From the NCBI GenBank assembly GCA_036679645.1, contig JAZDCY010000056.1, forward strand, positions 64,001 through 128,000: a stretch of DNA of 64,000 bases. Reading direction: 5' to 3'. This stretch comes from Gemmatimonadota bacterium (GTDB lineage: Bacteria; Gemmatimonadota; Gemmatimonadetes; Gemmatimonadales; GWC2-71-9). The notes below the pieces were generated by a model. That model was given only the letters and a program-made list of their open reading frames with translations, was not told where the DNA came from and did not search any database. The translations under genes and the position numbers were made by a program. Shown here piece by piece: positions 1-9,893 of the stretch (position 1 is its first letter; each line of letters opens with the position of its first letter).

Positions 1-2
1 GG

Positions 3-293
3 CTGCGCGAGCGGGCGCGCTTCACCCCGGAGGACGTCACGATCCAGAGTAGCGGCCGGTTTTTTCGCCCGATCGCCATCATTCCCCTCGCGCAGCGGTG
101 GGGTGAGCAGGAACTGCGGCAGCGGGAGACCACGTTCGCGATTTATCTCTACGAAGATGACATCGAGGTGCTCGAGCCGTTCACGATGTCCTATGCGGGC
201 TTCTCGACGGCTATCTGGGAGCGCATCCTGCGTCGGCTCGACGCCGAACGGGCCGCGGTCCGCTCACGCGCTGCCCACCGGGAGAACCCATGA
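3..293 (+). CDS. 3' end of a hypothetical protein (truncated by window start)
   Basis: Frame 3 is open from the window edge to TGA at 291-293 (LRERARFTPEDVTIQSSGRFFRPIAIIPL...WERILRRLDAERAAVRSRAAHRENP*). Protein-like composition; absent from the ORF track because no start codon lies in the window. Confidence 0.7.
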   Translation: MRERARFTPEDVTIQSSGRFFRPIAIIPLAQRWGEQELRQRETTFAIYLYEDDIEVLEPFTMSYAGFSTAIWERILRRLDAERAAVRSRAAHRENP

Positions 294-436
294 TCGCATT
301 GGACGCAGGATGCGTTCGGAGACCCGGCGGACATTGGCCAATCCGGTCCTGAGTCTCCGCTAGGCCGTTTTCTTTACTCGTCGAGGGTTGTATGCCGCGC
401 TGGCCGCTACGCACGTTGTCGCCGTCCGAGCCCGCC

Positions 437-1213
437 ATGTCGGTCTATAGCGAGTGGCTCGAGCAGGTCGAGGATAGGCTCGGCGATCCGGACGGTGACT
501 GGTATCGCCTCTGCCGGGAGATCCTGTTCGCACTATACCATCCCGGCCTCGGCGACTATGACGCACTTGTCAAGGATCCCGCGACACCTCTGGCTACACG
601 AGCCGCCCTGCTTGCGCTCGATCCGCACCACATCACGCTGGAGCCCGAGTACTATCACGAGAAAGACGAGGAAAAGTACGACCGCGTGAAGCCGTTGTTG
701 TGGCTGTGGCAGAGTTTCGACCGGTCCCCGCTCGGTGGGGGAAATGTCGATCTCGCCGTGCGGTTTCGGCGGCTGCTTGCCCGGCACGTTTTCCGGTCGT
801 GCGGCGAGAACTTCAAGTGTTTCCAGTACGTGGAATTCTCGTTCGGGTATAACATGGAGGTTGGAGATAACGTCGTCGTGCATCGACATGTTCTGCTCGA
901 TGACCGCGAGACGCTGGTCCTCTCCGATCGTACTTCGATCGCGGACTACGCGAACGTGTACACGCACACGCACAGCATCGACGATCAGGCAGACGTGACC
1001 GCCACTCCAACGGTACTCGATCCGGGCACGCGCATCACATACCACGCGACGGTGCTGGCCGGCGTGCACATTGGCGAACAGGGGATGCTCGGTGCAATGG
1101 CTCTCGCCACCAAGGACATCCGTCCCTACCACCTGCACCTCGGCATTCCAGCACGCTCGAAGATGGTCAAGCCCGGCGCGCCGCCCGAACACGGCGGCTC
1201 CGTAGACCGGTGA
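437..1213 (+). CDS. Hexapeptide-repeat (left-handed beta-helix) O-acyltransferase with N-terminal extension
   Basis: LbH-type repeats (VGDNVVV, LSDRTSIADYANVYTHTH, HATVLAGVHIGEQGMLGAMALATKDI, GIPAR). ATG at 437 chosen as the likely start. Confidence 0.85.
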   Translation: MSVYSEWLEQVEDRLGDPDGDWYRLCREILFALYHPGLGDYDALVKDPATPLATRAALLALDPHHITLEPEYYHEKDEEKYDRVKPLLWLWQSFDRSPLGGGNVDLAVRFRRLLARHVFRSCGENFKCFQYVEFSFGYNMEVGDNVVVHRHVLLDDRETLVLSDRTSIADYANVYTHTHSIDDQADVTATPTVLDPGTRITYHATVLAGVHIGEQGMLGAMALATKDIRPYHLHLGIPARSKMVKPGAPPEHGGSVDR

Positions 1214-3327
1214 TTTTCTGGCTCGCCGCCGGGCTCGTGGCGGCGGCCGCCATGATCGTCGGCTACCGCTGGGGGTCGGCCCGCAGCACGCGCCGCGTCA
1301 CCACGGATCTCGAGGTGGCACGAGCCGAGGTCGCCCGCCGGCTCGAGGAGATCTACTCCTTTCAGGAGCTCTCGTTCACCCTCTCCGAGTCGCTCCAGCC
1401 AGACCGCATTGCGGAACGGATGACGGCATACCTCAAGCGCTTCCTGAAAACGGACGGATCGCTCGTGGCGCTCACCGCCGATGGCGGCAAGACAATGCGG
1501 ATCGCGGCCGCCGAGGGGGGTCTGCAACACCTGGCACATACCGAGATCTTGGAAGGCGACAGCGGCCGCCTCGTACAGGCCATGGGAAAGGAACGGCTGG
1601 AACTCGTCGAGCGCGGGGACGGCGACCAGCCGACCCTAGTAGGAGACACCACGGTCGAGCGCGCGGCGATCCTCCCGCTGCGCGCGCACGGAGTCACGGT
1701 GGGCGCACTCACCGTGTGTGGTTTTGCCGAGCAGCCCTTCTCGACCGACCAATTGCGCCTGCTGTCGACCGTGGCGACGCACGCCGCGATCGTGCTCTCG
1801 AATGCCCGGTTCTTCGATCTCGTCCGCGCAGGTCGCGATCAGTGGGAGACGACGTTCAACGCGATCGCAGAAGGGATAGCCGTTGTGGACGAGGGCGGTA
1901 ACGTTCAGCGGGCCAACTCGGCGCTCGCCCATCTGCTGGGTGCGTCGGTGCCTTCGCTCGCCGGAACGTCGTTTGTCGAGACATTGGGTAGCTCGCCTGA
2001 GGTGGGGACCCTGATCGAGTCCGCCCTCCGCGGTGACCCGAGTGGCGTGCACGTGGAACACGTTGCAGCGCTCGATCGGACGCTGCGCGTCTCGGCGGCT
2101 CCCATGCGCGGGCCGGAATCAGCCGCGTGGGCAGTGGTGCTCGTGGAGGACGTCACCGAGGAACAGGCGCTCGAGTCACAGCTCATTCAGCACGAGAAGA
2201 TGGCAGCGGTCGGTCAGCTCGTTTCCGGTATCGCCCACGAGTTGAACAATCCGCTCACCTCGATTGCCGGGCTCGCGGAGTTTCTGCTGGAACAGAGCAC
2301 CGCGACGGAGCGCGAGCGCGAACACCTGCGCGTCATTCACGAGCAGGCCGACCGGGCGGGAAGGATCGTGCGTAACCTACTAACCTTTGCGCGCAAAGAC
2401 GCCGAGGACATCGGCGAGGTAGACCTGAATGACATCGTGCAGCGAACGGTGTCCCTCGTCGGTTACGAGATGCGACTGCGGGAGGTAGACGTCGAGTGGA
2501 CCTTCGACGGTGAGCTGCCCGCTATCCAGGGGGATCGCTACGAACTTCAGCAGGTCGTGCTGAATCTCCTAACCAACGCCGCGCAGGCAGTCGAGCACAA
2601 TCCCCCGGACCGTCCCCGCCATGTCTCGATCGGCACGGCGCACGATGATACGGGGATCACGCTACGGGTCGCCGATTCCGGACCGGGCATTCCCGACGAC
2701 ATCGCCACCTGCGTGTTCACGCCGTTCTTCACAACGAAGGCGCCCGGAAGCGGTACGGGCTTGGGACTGTCGATCTCCTTTCAGATCGTCCAACGGCACG
2801 GTGGGACGCTCACGGTACGACGTGGGGTGGACGGGGGTGCCTTGTTCGAGGTGCGGCTTCCCGTCGGCATCCCGGCAGCACGTCTGCCCGATGGAGCGCC
2901 GGATAGCGCCGTTACCGCCCCGCCCGACGGCAAGAGCGTTTCGCCGCAGCGTATCCTGCTGCTCGACGACGACCCCGCGGTACGCCGAATGATCAGCGTG
3001 ATCCTCGCTTCGGACGCGACGGTCGATGCCGCACACGGCGCGGAGGACGCCGCCCGGAAGCTCGAGGAACGGGCCTACGATCTCGTGATCGCGGACCCAC
3101 GCGCCGCCGTCTCGGCAGGTGAGCGCTTCGGTGACCATCTCGCGCGCCGTTGGCCACAGTACCTCCCGCGTACCATCCTCGTGACCGCCGACGTGCGGCC
3201 CGAGACGCAAGCCTGGCTGGACGGCATGGGATGCCGCTACTTCGTGAAGCCGTTTCGCATTGGGGAGTTGAAGAGCGCGGCCGCGCATATCTTGGCGCGC
3301 ACAGCGGAAGCGGAAGAGGGCAGCTAG
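1210..3327 (+). CDS. Hybrid sensor histidine kinase (TM-GAF-PAS-HisKA-HATPase-REC)
   Basis: H-box GIAHELNNPL, N-box NLLTNAAQA, G1 DSGPGI, F-box FTPFFTTK, G2 GTGLGL. C-terminal receiver with LLLDDD and KPF. Confidence 0.93.
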   Translation: MIFWLAAGLVAAAAMIVGYRWGSARSTRRVTTDLEVARAEVARRLEEIYSFQELSFTLSESLQPDRIAERMTAYLKRFLKTDGSLVALTADGGKTMRIAAAEGGLQHLAHTEILEGDSGRLVQAMGKERLELVERGDGDQPTLVGDTTVERAAILPLRAHGVTVGALTVCGFAEQPFSTDQLRLLSTVATHAAIVLSNARFFDLVRAGRDQWETTFNAIAEGIAVVDEGGNVQRANSALAHLLGASVPSLAGTSFVETLGSSPEVGTLIESALRGDPSGVHVEHVAALDRTLRVSAAPMRGPESAAWAVVLVEDVTEEQALESQLIQHEKMAAVGQLVSGIAHELNNPLTSIAGLAEFLLEQSTATEREREHLRVIHEQADRAGRIVRNLLTFARKDAEDIGEVDLNDIVQRTVSLVGYEMRLREVDVEWTFDGELPAIQGDRYELQQVVLNLLTNAAQAVEHNPPDRPRHVSIGTAHDDTGITLRVADSGPGIPDDIATCVFTPFFTTKAPGSGTGLGLSISFQIVQRHGGTLTVRRGVDGGALFEVRLPVGIPAARLPDGAPDSAVTAPPDGKSVSPQRILLLDDDPAVRRMISVILASDATVDAAHGAEDAARKLEERAYDLVIADPRAAVSAGERFGDHLARRWPQYLPRTILVTADVRPETQAWLDGMGCRYFVKPFRIGELKSAAAHILARTAEAEEGS

Positions 3328-5624
3328 TTCGCGGCGCGCCGCGTGCGGCGCAGGACCGCATCCAGACGCGCCGACAAGGCCCGTGCGCGGAACGGCTTGC
3401 TCAGGAAATCGTCGGCCCCAAACTCGAACACCCGGACCTCGTTCTCCTCATCGCCGCGTGCGGTCAGGACGACCACCGGAATGTGTTCCGTCCCGCGACG
3501 TGACCGCAGATGGGAGAGAACCCCGTAGCCGTCGAGACCGGGAAGATTGAGATCTAGCACGATGATATCGGGACCATGCCGGTCGACCTGATCGAGCGCC
3601 TCCACACCCTCGCGTGCCTCGATCACCGTGTACCCGTCCCGTTCGAGCAGGTCGCGCATGACACGGCGCAATTGGTCCTCATCATCGACGAGGAGTACCG
3701 TCGCCGCCTGACGCCGTCCCTGCCGGTCGGTGATCTCGACGGGTTTCTGGATGCCCGGCTCGAGCAGATCGAAGGCACCGTCAAAGGACTCATCCGAGGC
3801 GGAGGCTTTGCCGGAGGAGCGCCGTTTGCGCGGGGAGCCGTCCTCGTCCGCGGCGGTCGCACTGCCATCCTCGTGCGCCGCCCTCCGCGCAGCGGAGACT
3901 CGCGCCTCCTCGGGAGTCTCATCTTCCTGCGGCACGTCTACCACGCGGAGCAGTTCCTCGATTGTCGAGTCACCATGCATGACATGTGCGAGCCCGCTCA
4001 CCCACATGGACTTCATGCCGCCGCGCACGGCGGCATCGGCGATCTTGTCAGCCGTCTCATTCGCGCCGATCGACCGTTCCACCTCGGGAGTAACGCGCAA
4101 GACCTCCACGATCGAAAACCGGCCGCGGTACCCCGTCATGGCGCATTCTTCGCATCCGACGGCCCGGTACAGCGGCGTGTCGGATGGGATCCAGCGCATG
4201 AGTTTAGGTGGAATCGACTCCACCCAGACCTCCTTGCATGAGGTGCACAACAGGCGCATCAGACGCTGCGCAACCACACCCCGCACCGCCGTTGCGATCT
4301 TGAAACTCTCGATGCCGATATCGACCAACCGAGTCACCGCATTCGCCGCGTCGTTGGTGTGCAGGGTGGAAAGCACCAGGTGGCCCGTGAGCGCTGCCTG
4401 GACGGCGACCTGCGCCGTCTCGCGATCGCGGATCTCTCCAACGAGGACGACGTCGGGATCCTGGCGCAAGATCGATCGAAGCGCGGACGCGAACGTGAGT
4501 CCGGCCTTCTCGTGCACCTGCACCTGCACGATTCCCTGCAGGCGGTACTCCACCGGATCTTCCACGGTCACGATGTTGACACCCTCGCTCTGCACGTGCT
4601 TCAGCGCCGAGTAGAGTGTAGTCGTCTTGCCGGACCCGGTGGGGCCGGTCACGAGAATCACACCGTCTCGGAACTCCAGGAGTTCGATGATCGCCTGCTG
4701 TTCTTCCTCGTTCAGCCCGAGCGCCTCGAGCGACAGTGCCGTGCGGCTTGAGTCGAGGATACGGATGACGACCTTTTCCCCAAGCGACGCGGGGAGCGTC
4801 GAGACGCGAAGGTCCACGGGCACGCCGTTGACCGCCACACGCGCGCGGCCGTCCTGCGGGCGAAGGCGATCGGCGATATCCAACGACGAGATGATCTTTA
4901 GACGGGAGATGAGCGGCAGTCCAGCCGCGCGCGGAACCTTCATCACCTGGCGAAGCACGCCGTCGATGCGGTAGCGGACGGCTACCCCACCTTCTTCGGG
5001 CTCTATGTGGATGTCGCTGGCCCGGGAAATGATCCCCTCGGACAGAATCAGATCCACGAGGCGAACGACCGGGCGCTCGGACGCCTCTTCCGCCGAGATG
5101 GAGAAGTCTTCGCTTTCGGGAATCTCGTCATCGAGCTGCGTGATTTCCGTCTCGCTCATGCCTTCGAGCAGCTTGTCAATCACGTTTTCCGGGCGATAGA
5201 GCTCGTCGATCTTGTCCCCAATTTGCGACGGACTTGCGAGCAGGACCCTCACTTCGCGCCCCGTGGCGAACGCCAGGGTTTTCTCGCAATCGAGGTCGAA
5301 TGGGTTTGCGGTGGCGATCTCCATGTAGGAATCGGTCACGTGAATTGGCAGCACGTGATATCGGCGAGCGACTTGCTCGGGGACGACGTCCCGCGCCGAC
5401 CGCTCGCTCTGCGCGAAATCGGCGAGTTTGAGACGGAACCGCGTGGCCAGCGCCCCGATAATCTGCTCGTCGGTCGCCAACTCCTTCGCGACGGCCGTTC
5501 CCCACAACGAATCGGCGGCGTCTTTGTCCGACCGGAGAGCATCAACCTGCTCGCGCCCTAGGAGCTCCTCCAAGGTGGGGGAGAGCCACTCGTCGGTGAA
5601 CGATTTTTCTTGTCCGTCTGCCAC
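3324..5624 (-). CDS. GspE/PilB-family secretion/pilus assembly ATPase with C-terminal response-regulator receiver domain
   Basis: ASDIHIEP, PQDGR, Walker A GPTGSGKT, EDPVEY, LRQDPDVVLVGEIRD, TGHLVLSTLHTN, tetracysteine CTSC/CEEC. C-terminal REC: VDDE, DLNLPGLDG, LTAR, SKPF. Confidence 0.93.
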   Translation of the reverse strand: MADGQEKSFTDEWLSPTLEELLGREQVDALRSDKDAADSLWGTAVAKELATDEQIIGALATRFRLKLADFAQSERSARDVVPEQVARRYHVLPIHVTDSYMEIATANPFDLDCEKTLAFATGREVRVLLASPSQIGDKIDELYRPENVIDKLLEGMSETEITQLDDEIPESEDFSISAEEASERPVVRLVDLILSEGIISRASDIHIEPEEGGVAVRYRIDGVLRQVMKVPRAAGLPLISRLKIISSLDIADRLRPQDGRARVAVNGVPVDLRVSTLPASLGEKVVIRILDSSRTALSLEALGLNEEEQQAIIELLEFRDGVILVTGPTGSGKTTTLYSALKHVQSEGVNIVTVEDPVEYRLQGIVQVQVHEKAGLTFASALRSILRQDPDVVLVGEIRDRETAQVAVQAALTGHLVLSTLHTNDAANAVTRLVDIGIESFKIATAVRGVVAQRLMRLLCTSCKEVWVESIPPKLMRWIPSDTPLYRAVGCEECAMTGYRGRFSIVEVLRVTPEVERSIGANETADKIADAAVRGGMKSMWVSGLAHVMHGDSTIEELLRVVDVPQEDETPEEARVSAARRAAHEDGSATAADEDGSPRKRRSSGKASASDESFDGAFDLLEPGIQKPVEITDRQGRRQAATVLLVDDEDQLRRVMRDLLERDGYTVIEAREGVEALDQVDRHGPDIIVLDLNLPGLDGYGVLSHLRSRRGTEHIPVVVLTARGDEENEVRVFEFGADDFLSKPFRARALSARLDAVLRRTRRAAN

Positions 5625-5727
5625 CGATATTCCGTCCTTGTGCCACAGCCTGATTAAAGTAACGGTCTCCAGAAGCGTGGGCTATACTCTGCGCCCTGAA
5701 CCGTCGGTCCCGCAGGGACTTGGTGCA

Positions 5728-7761
5728 TCAGAGGATGGGCCAGAGCGTCCGCCGCACGTCGAGCGTTACGCCAACGTCGCCCGAGCGGAGCCCCCAGCCG
5801 GTTTCCAACCGGAGCAACCGATGAAACACCTCCACCGCGACCCCAACCACCGGCCGGATCCCGTCGCTCGAGTCCCACGGCATCGAGACAAATGGGCGAC
5901 CCGTTCCACCGGCGGCAAGGAAGGGTGCGACGACGAGCTGGCGGCCGGTTGACGCAAAGGCGCCGAGCGGAATTGCTGGAAACGGCACGCCCACCCGCCA
6001 CTCCGCCCTGACGAGCCCGCCATATTTCCCGCCGAACGCCCGATGTGGTTCGCCAACCAGACTGGCGCGTCCTCCCAGCAAGAACGGCCGATAGACGGGC
6101 AGTCCCACAGTGGCCCACCCGAACCACCCGGTAACGTGGAACGATCCGCCCGGCGCCGACATGACTAGCTGCCCGTCCAGTCGAGCACGCAGATACTCCT
6201 TGCCGCCGCCAACACCGCCTTCCAGGGCAATCGCCGCGCGATATCCCATCCGGTCTCCACCCCGTACCCGACGCCGCACCACCCCGACCCGTCCGACGGC
6301 GCGCGTTCCGTCGCCGAGCGCGGGGTTAGGCCGGAACGATCCGGTCGCCGGCGTCGCACCGACCACGACGCTCATGGTGCGTAACGCCCCCAGCGACACG
6401 GTCACGTCGCCAAGGGACGCCCCGAGCGCCACCTCCTCTGCCAGCACATAGTCGCCGTAGTCGGTGCCCGCTTCTTGGGCCAGCACCGAGTTGGCAAGGG
6501 GACTCACCGTCAGCTGCTCGCCGACATCCCGAATCTCGCGTGCCGCGCGCACGCTGATTGTGCCTCGTTCCACGCGCCACGCGAGGCTCACACGCGCCTT
6601 GAGCCGTTCGTCTGAGAACCCATACGCGGCCCAACTGCGCAACGTTGCGGCGCCGGCGCCTGGGCGCAGCATCACCCCAACGCCAGGCGTGAACCCTTCT
6701 ACGCGGTTGAAGTGGAGCAGATCGGAGATCGCACCTAAAGCGAGCCCAACCGATGGAAGCCCCGATAGGAACCTGCCGCCCGATACATCCCGCACTCGAT
6801 CACGCACGTCGTCCATCTCGGCATTCGATACCGGCCCCGCCGCCTCCGCGATCTGCACATCCAACGCATCGGTCCAGGGAAACGTGTCGCGAATTGCCAG
6901 TGGCGCTGCAACCACTTCGCGACCCCGGAACACGCCCGGTGCCAAACCTAAGTTGAAGTCATATCCGTCGATCGTCCAGCGCCCGCGGATGATGCCGCGA
7001 GCCGGCAGGTCGAGCCAGGTCGTGCGGCGCCGAATCTCGATCTCCTGTCGCCGTGGCAACCACCACCGTCCCTCCCACAGTGCATTCTCCAACAACACCG
7101 TGATGTCCTCGAGGCTCCCATCGAGGTAGGCGGCGCGTGTGAAGTTGAAGCGGAGCTGCACCAACTGCCCGCCGTCGGCGTCGAGATACATGCTCCCGAC
7201 GATGCGTGCCTCCGCAAAATCCTTGGGTCGGAACGCCACCTCGACCGCGCGAACCGTCCGGCCCGGAAGCTCGATCGTGAGCGAGTCCACGACCGCGTAG
7301 TCGTATAGGGTCGGACCGTCCGGCGCCAACGGATGGGGCACATCGCGTATCTCATCGCCCTCACCGAGACGGATCCGGTCGGTGAACCCGTTCTGCACGA
7401 TTCCGAGGTGGTCGCGGTGATACTGAATCTCCGTCGGGAGATCGACACGATCACGCCACCCGATGATCCGCTGCTTGCTCGCGCCCGGCGCCTTCCAGTA
7501 GACTTCCAGTTCCAACTGATCGGACTTGATCAGTTGCGGCGGTTCGGCGAACCCTTCGTCCCCCAATTGCGCTAGGAAGAACACGAACCCATGCGCCCGC
7601 GCTCGATAATCTTCGAGTCCACTCGCCTGATTGGCGGCGCGACGTGCGATGGCTTGCATGACGACAGCACGGGCCCTCTCGCTATTCCACTGCTGTGCGG
7701 GAAGCGTATTGGGGCCAAGAAGCGCGAAGCAAAGGACCACGGCGAAGAGACGGAACATCAT
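5728..7761 (-). CDS. Predicted exported/outer-membrane beta-rich protein
   Basis: Signal peptide MMFRLFAVVLCFALLGPNTLPAQ. Beta-rich C-terminal half with FNRVEG motif and alternating hydrophobic strands. Confidence 0.7.
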   Translation of the reverse strand: MMFRLFAVVLCFALLGPNTLPAQQWNSERARAVVMQAIARRAANQASGLEDYRARAHGFVFFLAQLGDEGFAEPPQLIKSDQLELEVYWKAPGASKQRIIGWRDRVDLPTEIQYHRDHLGIVQNGFTDRIRLGEGDEIRDVPHPLAPDGPTLYDYAVVDSLTIELPGRTVRAVEVAFRPKDFAEARIVGSMYLDADGGQLVQLRFNFTRAAYLDGSLEDITVLLENALWEGRWWLPRRQEIEIRRRTTWLDLPARGIIRGRWTIDGYDFNLGLAPGVFRGREVVAAPLAIRDTFPWTDALDVQIAEAAGPVSNAEMDDVRDRVRDVSGGRFLSGLPSVGLALGAISDLLHFNRVEGFTPGVGVMLRPGAGAATLRSWAAYGFSDERLKARVSLAWRVERGTISVRAAREIRDVGEQLTVSPLANSVLAQEAGTDYGDYVLAEEVALGASLGDVTVSLGALRTMSVVVGATPATGSFRPNPALGDGTRAVGRVGVVRRRVRGGDRMGYRAAIALEGGVGGGKEYLRARLDGQLVMSAPGGSFHVTGWFGWATVGLPVYRPFLLGGRASLVGEPHRAFGGKYGGLVRAEWRVGVPFPAIPLGAFASTGRQLVVAPFLAAGGTGRPFVSMPWDSSDGIRPVVGVAVEVFHRLLRLETGWGLRSGDVGVTLDVRRTLWPIL

Positions 7762-7803
7762 CGTCAAATATCGATTCGCTCCTGGATCGCGGCAACGGCT
7801 ATC

Positions 7804-8364
7804 GTGACCGCTGTCGCCGGGTGCGGCGACGCGCTCGTGCCTGGAGGTGGGACCGTAGATGAAGCGGATCTCGTTCCGCTCGCATTGCAGGCAAGTGCGC
7901 CCCCCGTACCGGCGACGAACTTCTACGTGCGGACCAACACCGTCACCATTCGCGCCCTCAGACACGGCGATGCCGTGAACAGCCTGTACGTCGAACTGCG
8001 ATTCCCCGCCGGGAGCCTCGTGAGCGTGGACGGGACACCCATCGCGAGCGGTGATTCCGTTCTCGTGTCCGTCAACCCGCGCCCGGGCGCGTATGGATTC
8101 AGGTTGTCACCGGCCGGCCTCGCGTTCTCGGAGAGCACTCCGCCAACGGCCACGTTCTCCTTCGCGCGATACGGCGATCTCTCGGTCGCCGACGCCGAGC
8201 CGGCGTTTTCCGACCGCGCCACGTACGCGGCCGCCCTCGACGTGTGGGAGGAGATCGCGCTGCGGCGGTGGCGGGTCGCCACCGCATCGGCCGGTTCAGG
8301 CGTGAGCGAGATCTCGGCGGCGGTCGAAGGGGGCGGTGAGTACATCCTCGCGGCGCAGCGTTGA
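7804..8364 (+). CDS. Hypothetical lipoprotein (start uncertain)
   Basis: Lipobox-like VAGC after hydrophobic WIAATAIVTA. The stop overlaps the trpE start. The nearest canonical start (GTG 7804) would truncate the signal peptide, so the true start may be ~7768-7774. Confidence 0.6.
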   Translation: MTAVAGCGDALVPGGGTVDEADLVPLALQASAPPVPATNFYVRTNTVTIRALRHGDAVNSLYVELRFPAGSLVSVDGTPIASGDSVLVSVNPRPGAYGFRLSPAGLAFSESTPPTATFSFARYGDLSVADAEPAFSDRATYAAALDVWEEIALRRWRVATASAGSGVSEISAAVEGGGEYILAAQR

Positions 8365-9869
8365 TCCGCGACACGTCGTTCGAAGCCTATCGGTCGCACG
8401 CAGCCGCCGGTACCATCGCGCCGGTGGTGCGCGAACTCGCGGCCGACGTGCTCACGCCCGTTGCCGCGTTCGCCGCTATCCATCGGCCACCATTCGGTTT
8501 CCTGCTCGAGTCGCTAGTGGGCGGCGAGCGTTGGGCGCGATACACGTTTCTGGGCACCGAGCCGCATGAGGTGTGGCGCTATCGCGAGGGAGGCGCCGAG
8601 CGCTGGACAGCAGCCCGTGGGTGGGGTGTGGCGGAATCCGCCCGGAATCCGGTGCGCCATCTCGCCCGGCAGGTGCGTCCGTGGCACACCGGGCCGTTGC
8701 ACAATCTCCCGCGGTTCACCGGTGGCGCGGTCGGGTTCCTCTCGTACGACGCGGTCCGGGCGCTCGAGCGGTTACCCGAGCCTCCCCCCGACGACCTGCA
8801 TCTGCCCGAGGCGATCTTCATGATCGTCGATACGCTGGTAATCGTCGACAACGCCTTCGGCCGCGCCATCGTCGTGGCCAATACGCGCATCACGCCCGGC
8901 GCGGACGAGGCCGCACTCCGCCGTTCCTACGACGAGGCCCAGGCGCGCATCGACACGCTCCTCACGCGGCTCGCGACGCCGCCTCCTCTGACCCCGCTGG
9001 TACTGGAAGAGAGCACGCGCCCCACGCCGGCGTCGCCCTACCCACAGGCGGCCTTCGAGCGCGATGTCGCACGGATCAAGGACCATATTCGGGCGGGAGA
9101 CATCTTTCAGGGCGTCCTGTCCCGACGGCTAGATCTGCCGTGTGAGGCCTCACCGTTCGACGTGTATCGTGCCCTGCGCGCACTCAATCCCGCCCCATAC
9201 CTGTATTATCTCGCGCTGGACGATCTCGCGATCGCCGGCAGTTCCCCCGAGGTGCTCGTCCGTGTGGAGGACGGCACCGTGACGGTCCGCCCGATCGCCG
9301 GTACCCGGGGCCGGGGCGCCGCACCCCAGGAAGACGAAGACCTCGCCAGTGCACTGCTGGCTGATCCCAAGGAGCTGGCCGAGCACATGATGCTCGTTGA
9401 CCTCGGCCGGAACGACGTGGGTCGCACCGCCGAGTTCGGTTCGGTGCAGGTGACGGCCGACAAGGTCATCGAGCGCTACTCCCACGTGCAGCACATCGTG
9501 AGCGAGGTCCGGGGCCGGCTGCGCAGCGACCTGGACGCGTTCGACGCGCTGGAGGCGTGTTTTCCCGCCGGTACCGTCTCCGGCGCCCCCAAGGTCCGTG
9601 CAATGGAGATCCTCAACGGGCTCGAGCCCACTCGGCGTGGCCCCTATGCCGGGGCGGTCGGGTATGTCGGGTGGGGCGGCACGGCCCTCGACACCGCCAT
9701 CACGATCCGAACCGCCGTTCTCCAGAAGGGACGGGCATACGTCCAGGCGGGGGCCGGCATCGTGGCGGACAGTGTCCCACGCCGCGAATTCGAGGAAACC
9801 GCACAGAAAGCCAGCGCGGTCCTGGCGGCTATAGCACTGGCGGAAGCCGGATCGCGCCCCAAGAAATAG
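8361..9869 (+). CDS. trpE: Anthranilate synthase component I
   Basis: FLLES, RYTF, FTGGAVG, NPAPY, GSSPEVLV, PIAGTR, KELAEHMMLVDLGRND, FPAGTVSGAPKVRAM, QAGAGIVADS. Confidence 0.9.
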   Translation: MIRDTSFEAYRSHAAAGTIAPVVRELAADVLTPVAAFAAIHRPPFGFLLESLVGGERWARYTFLGTEPHEVWRYREGGAERWTAARGWGVAESARNPVRHLARQVRPWHTGPLHNLPRFTGGAVGFLSYDAVRALERLPEPPPDDLHLPEAIFMIVDTLVIVDNAFGRAIVVANTRITPGADEAALRRSYDEAQARIDTLLTRLATPPPLTPLVLEESTRPTPASPYPQAAFERDVARIKDHIRAGDIFQGVLSRRLDLPCEASPFDVYRALRALNPAPYLYYLALDDLAIAGSSPEVLVRVEDGTVTVRPIAGTRGRGAAPQEDEDLASALLADPKELAEHMMLVDLGRNDVGRTAEFGSVQVTADKVIERYSHVQHIVSEVRGRLRSDLDAFDALEACFPAGTVSGAPKVRAMEILNGLEPTRRGPYAGAVGYVGWGGTALDTAITIRTAVLQKGRAYVQAGAGIVADSVPRREFEETAQKASAVLAAIALAEAGSRPKK

Positions 9870-9893
9870 AGCGGTATATTCCCGCCCGAGGGA

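Noticed and set aside
300..360. Structured ncRNA (stem CGGAGAC/GTCTCCG with inner hairpin)
   Set aside because: Short GC-rich stems arise by chance at this GC content and no family features were recognised; an Rfam search would be needed.
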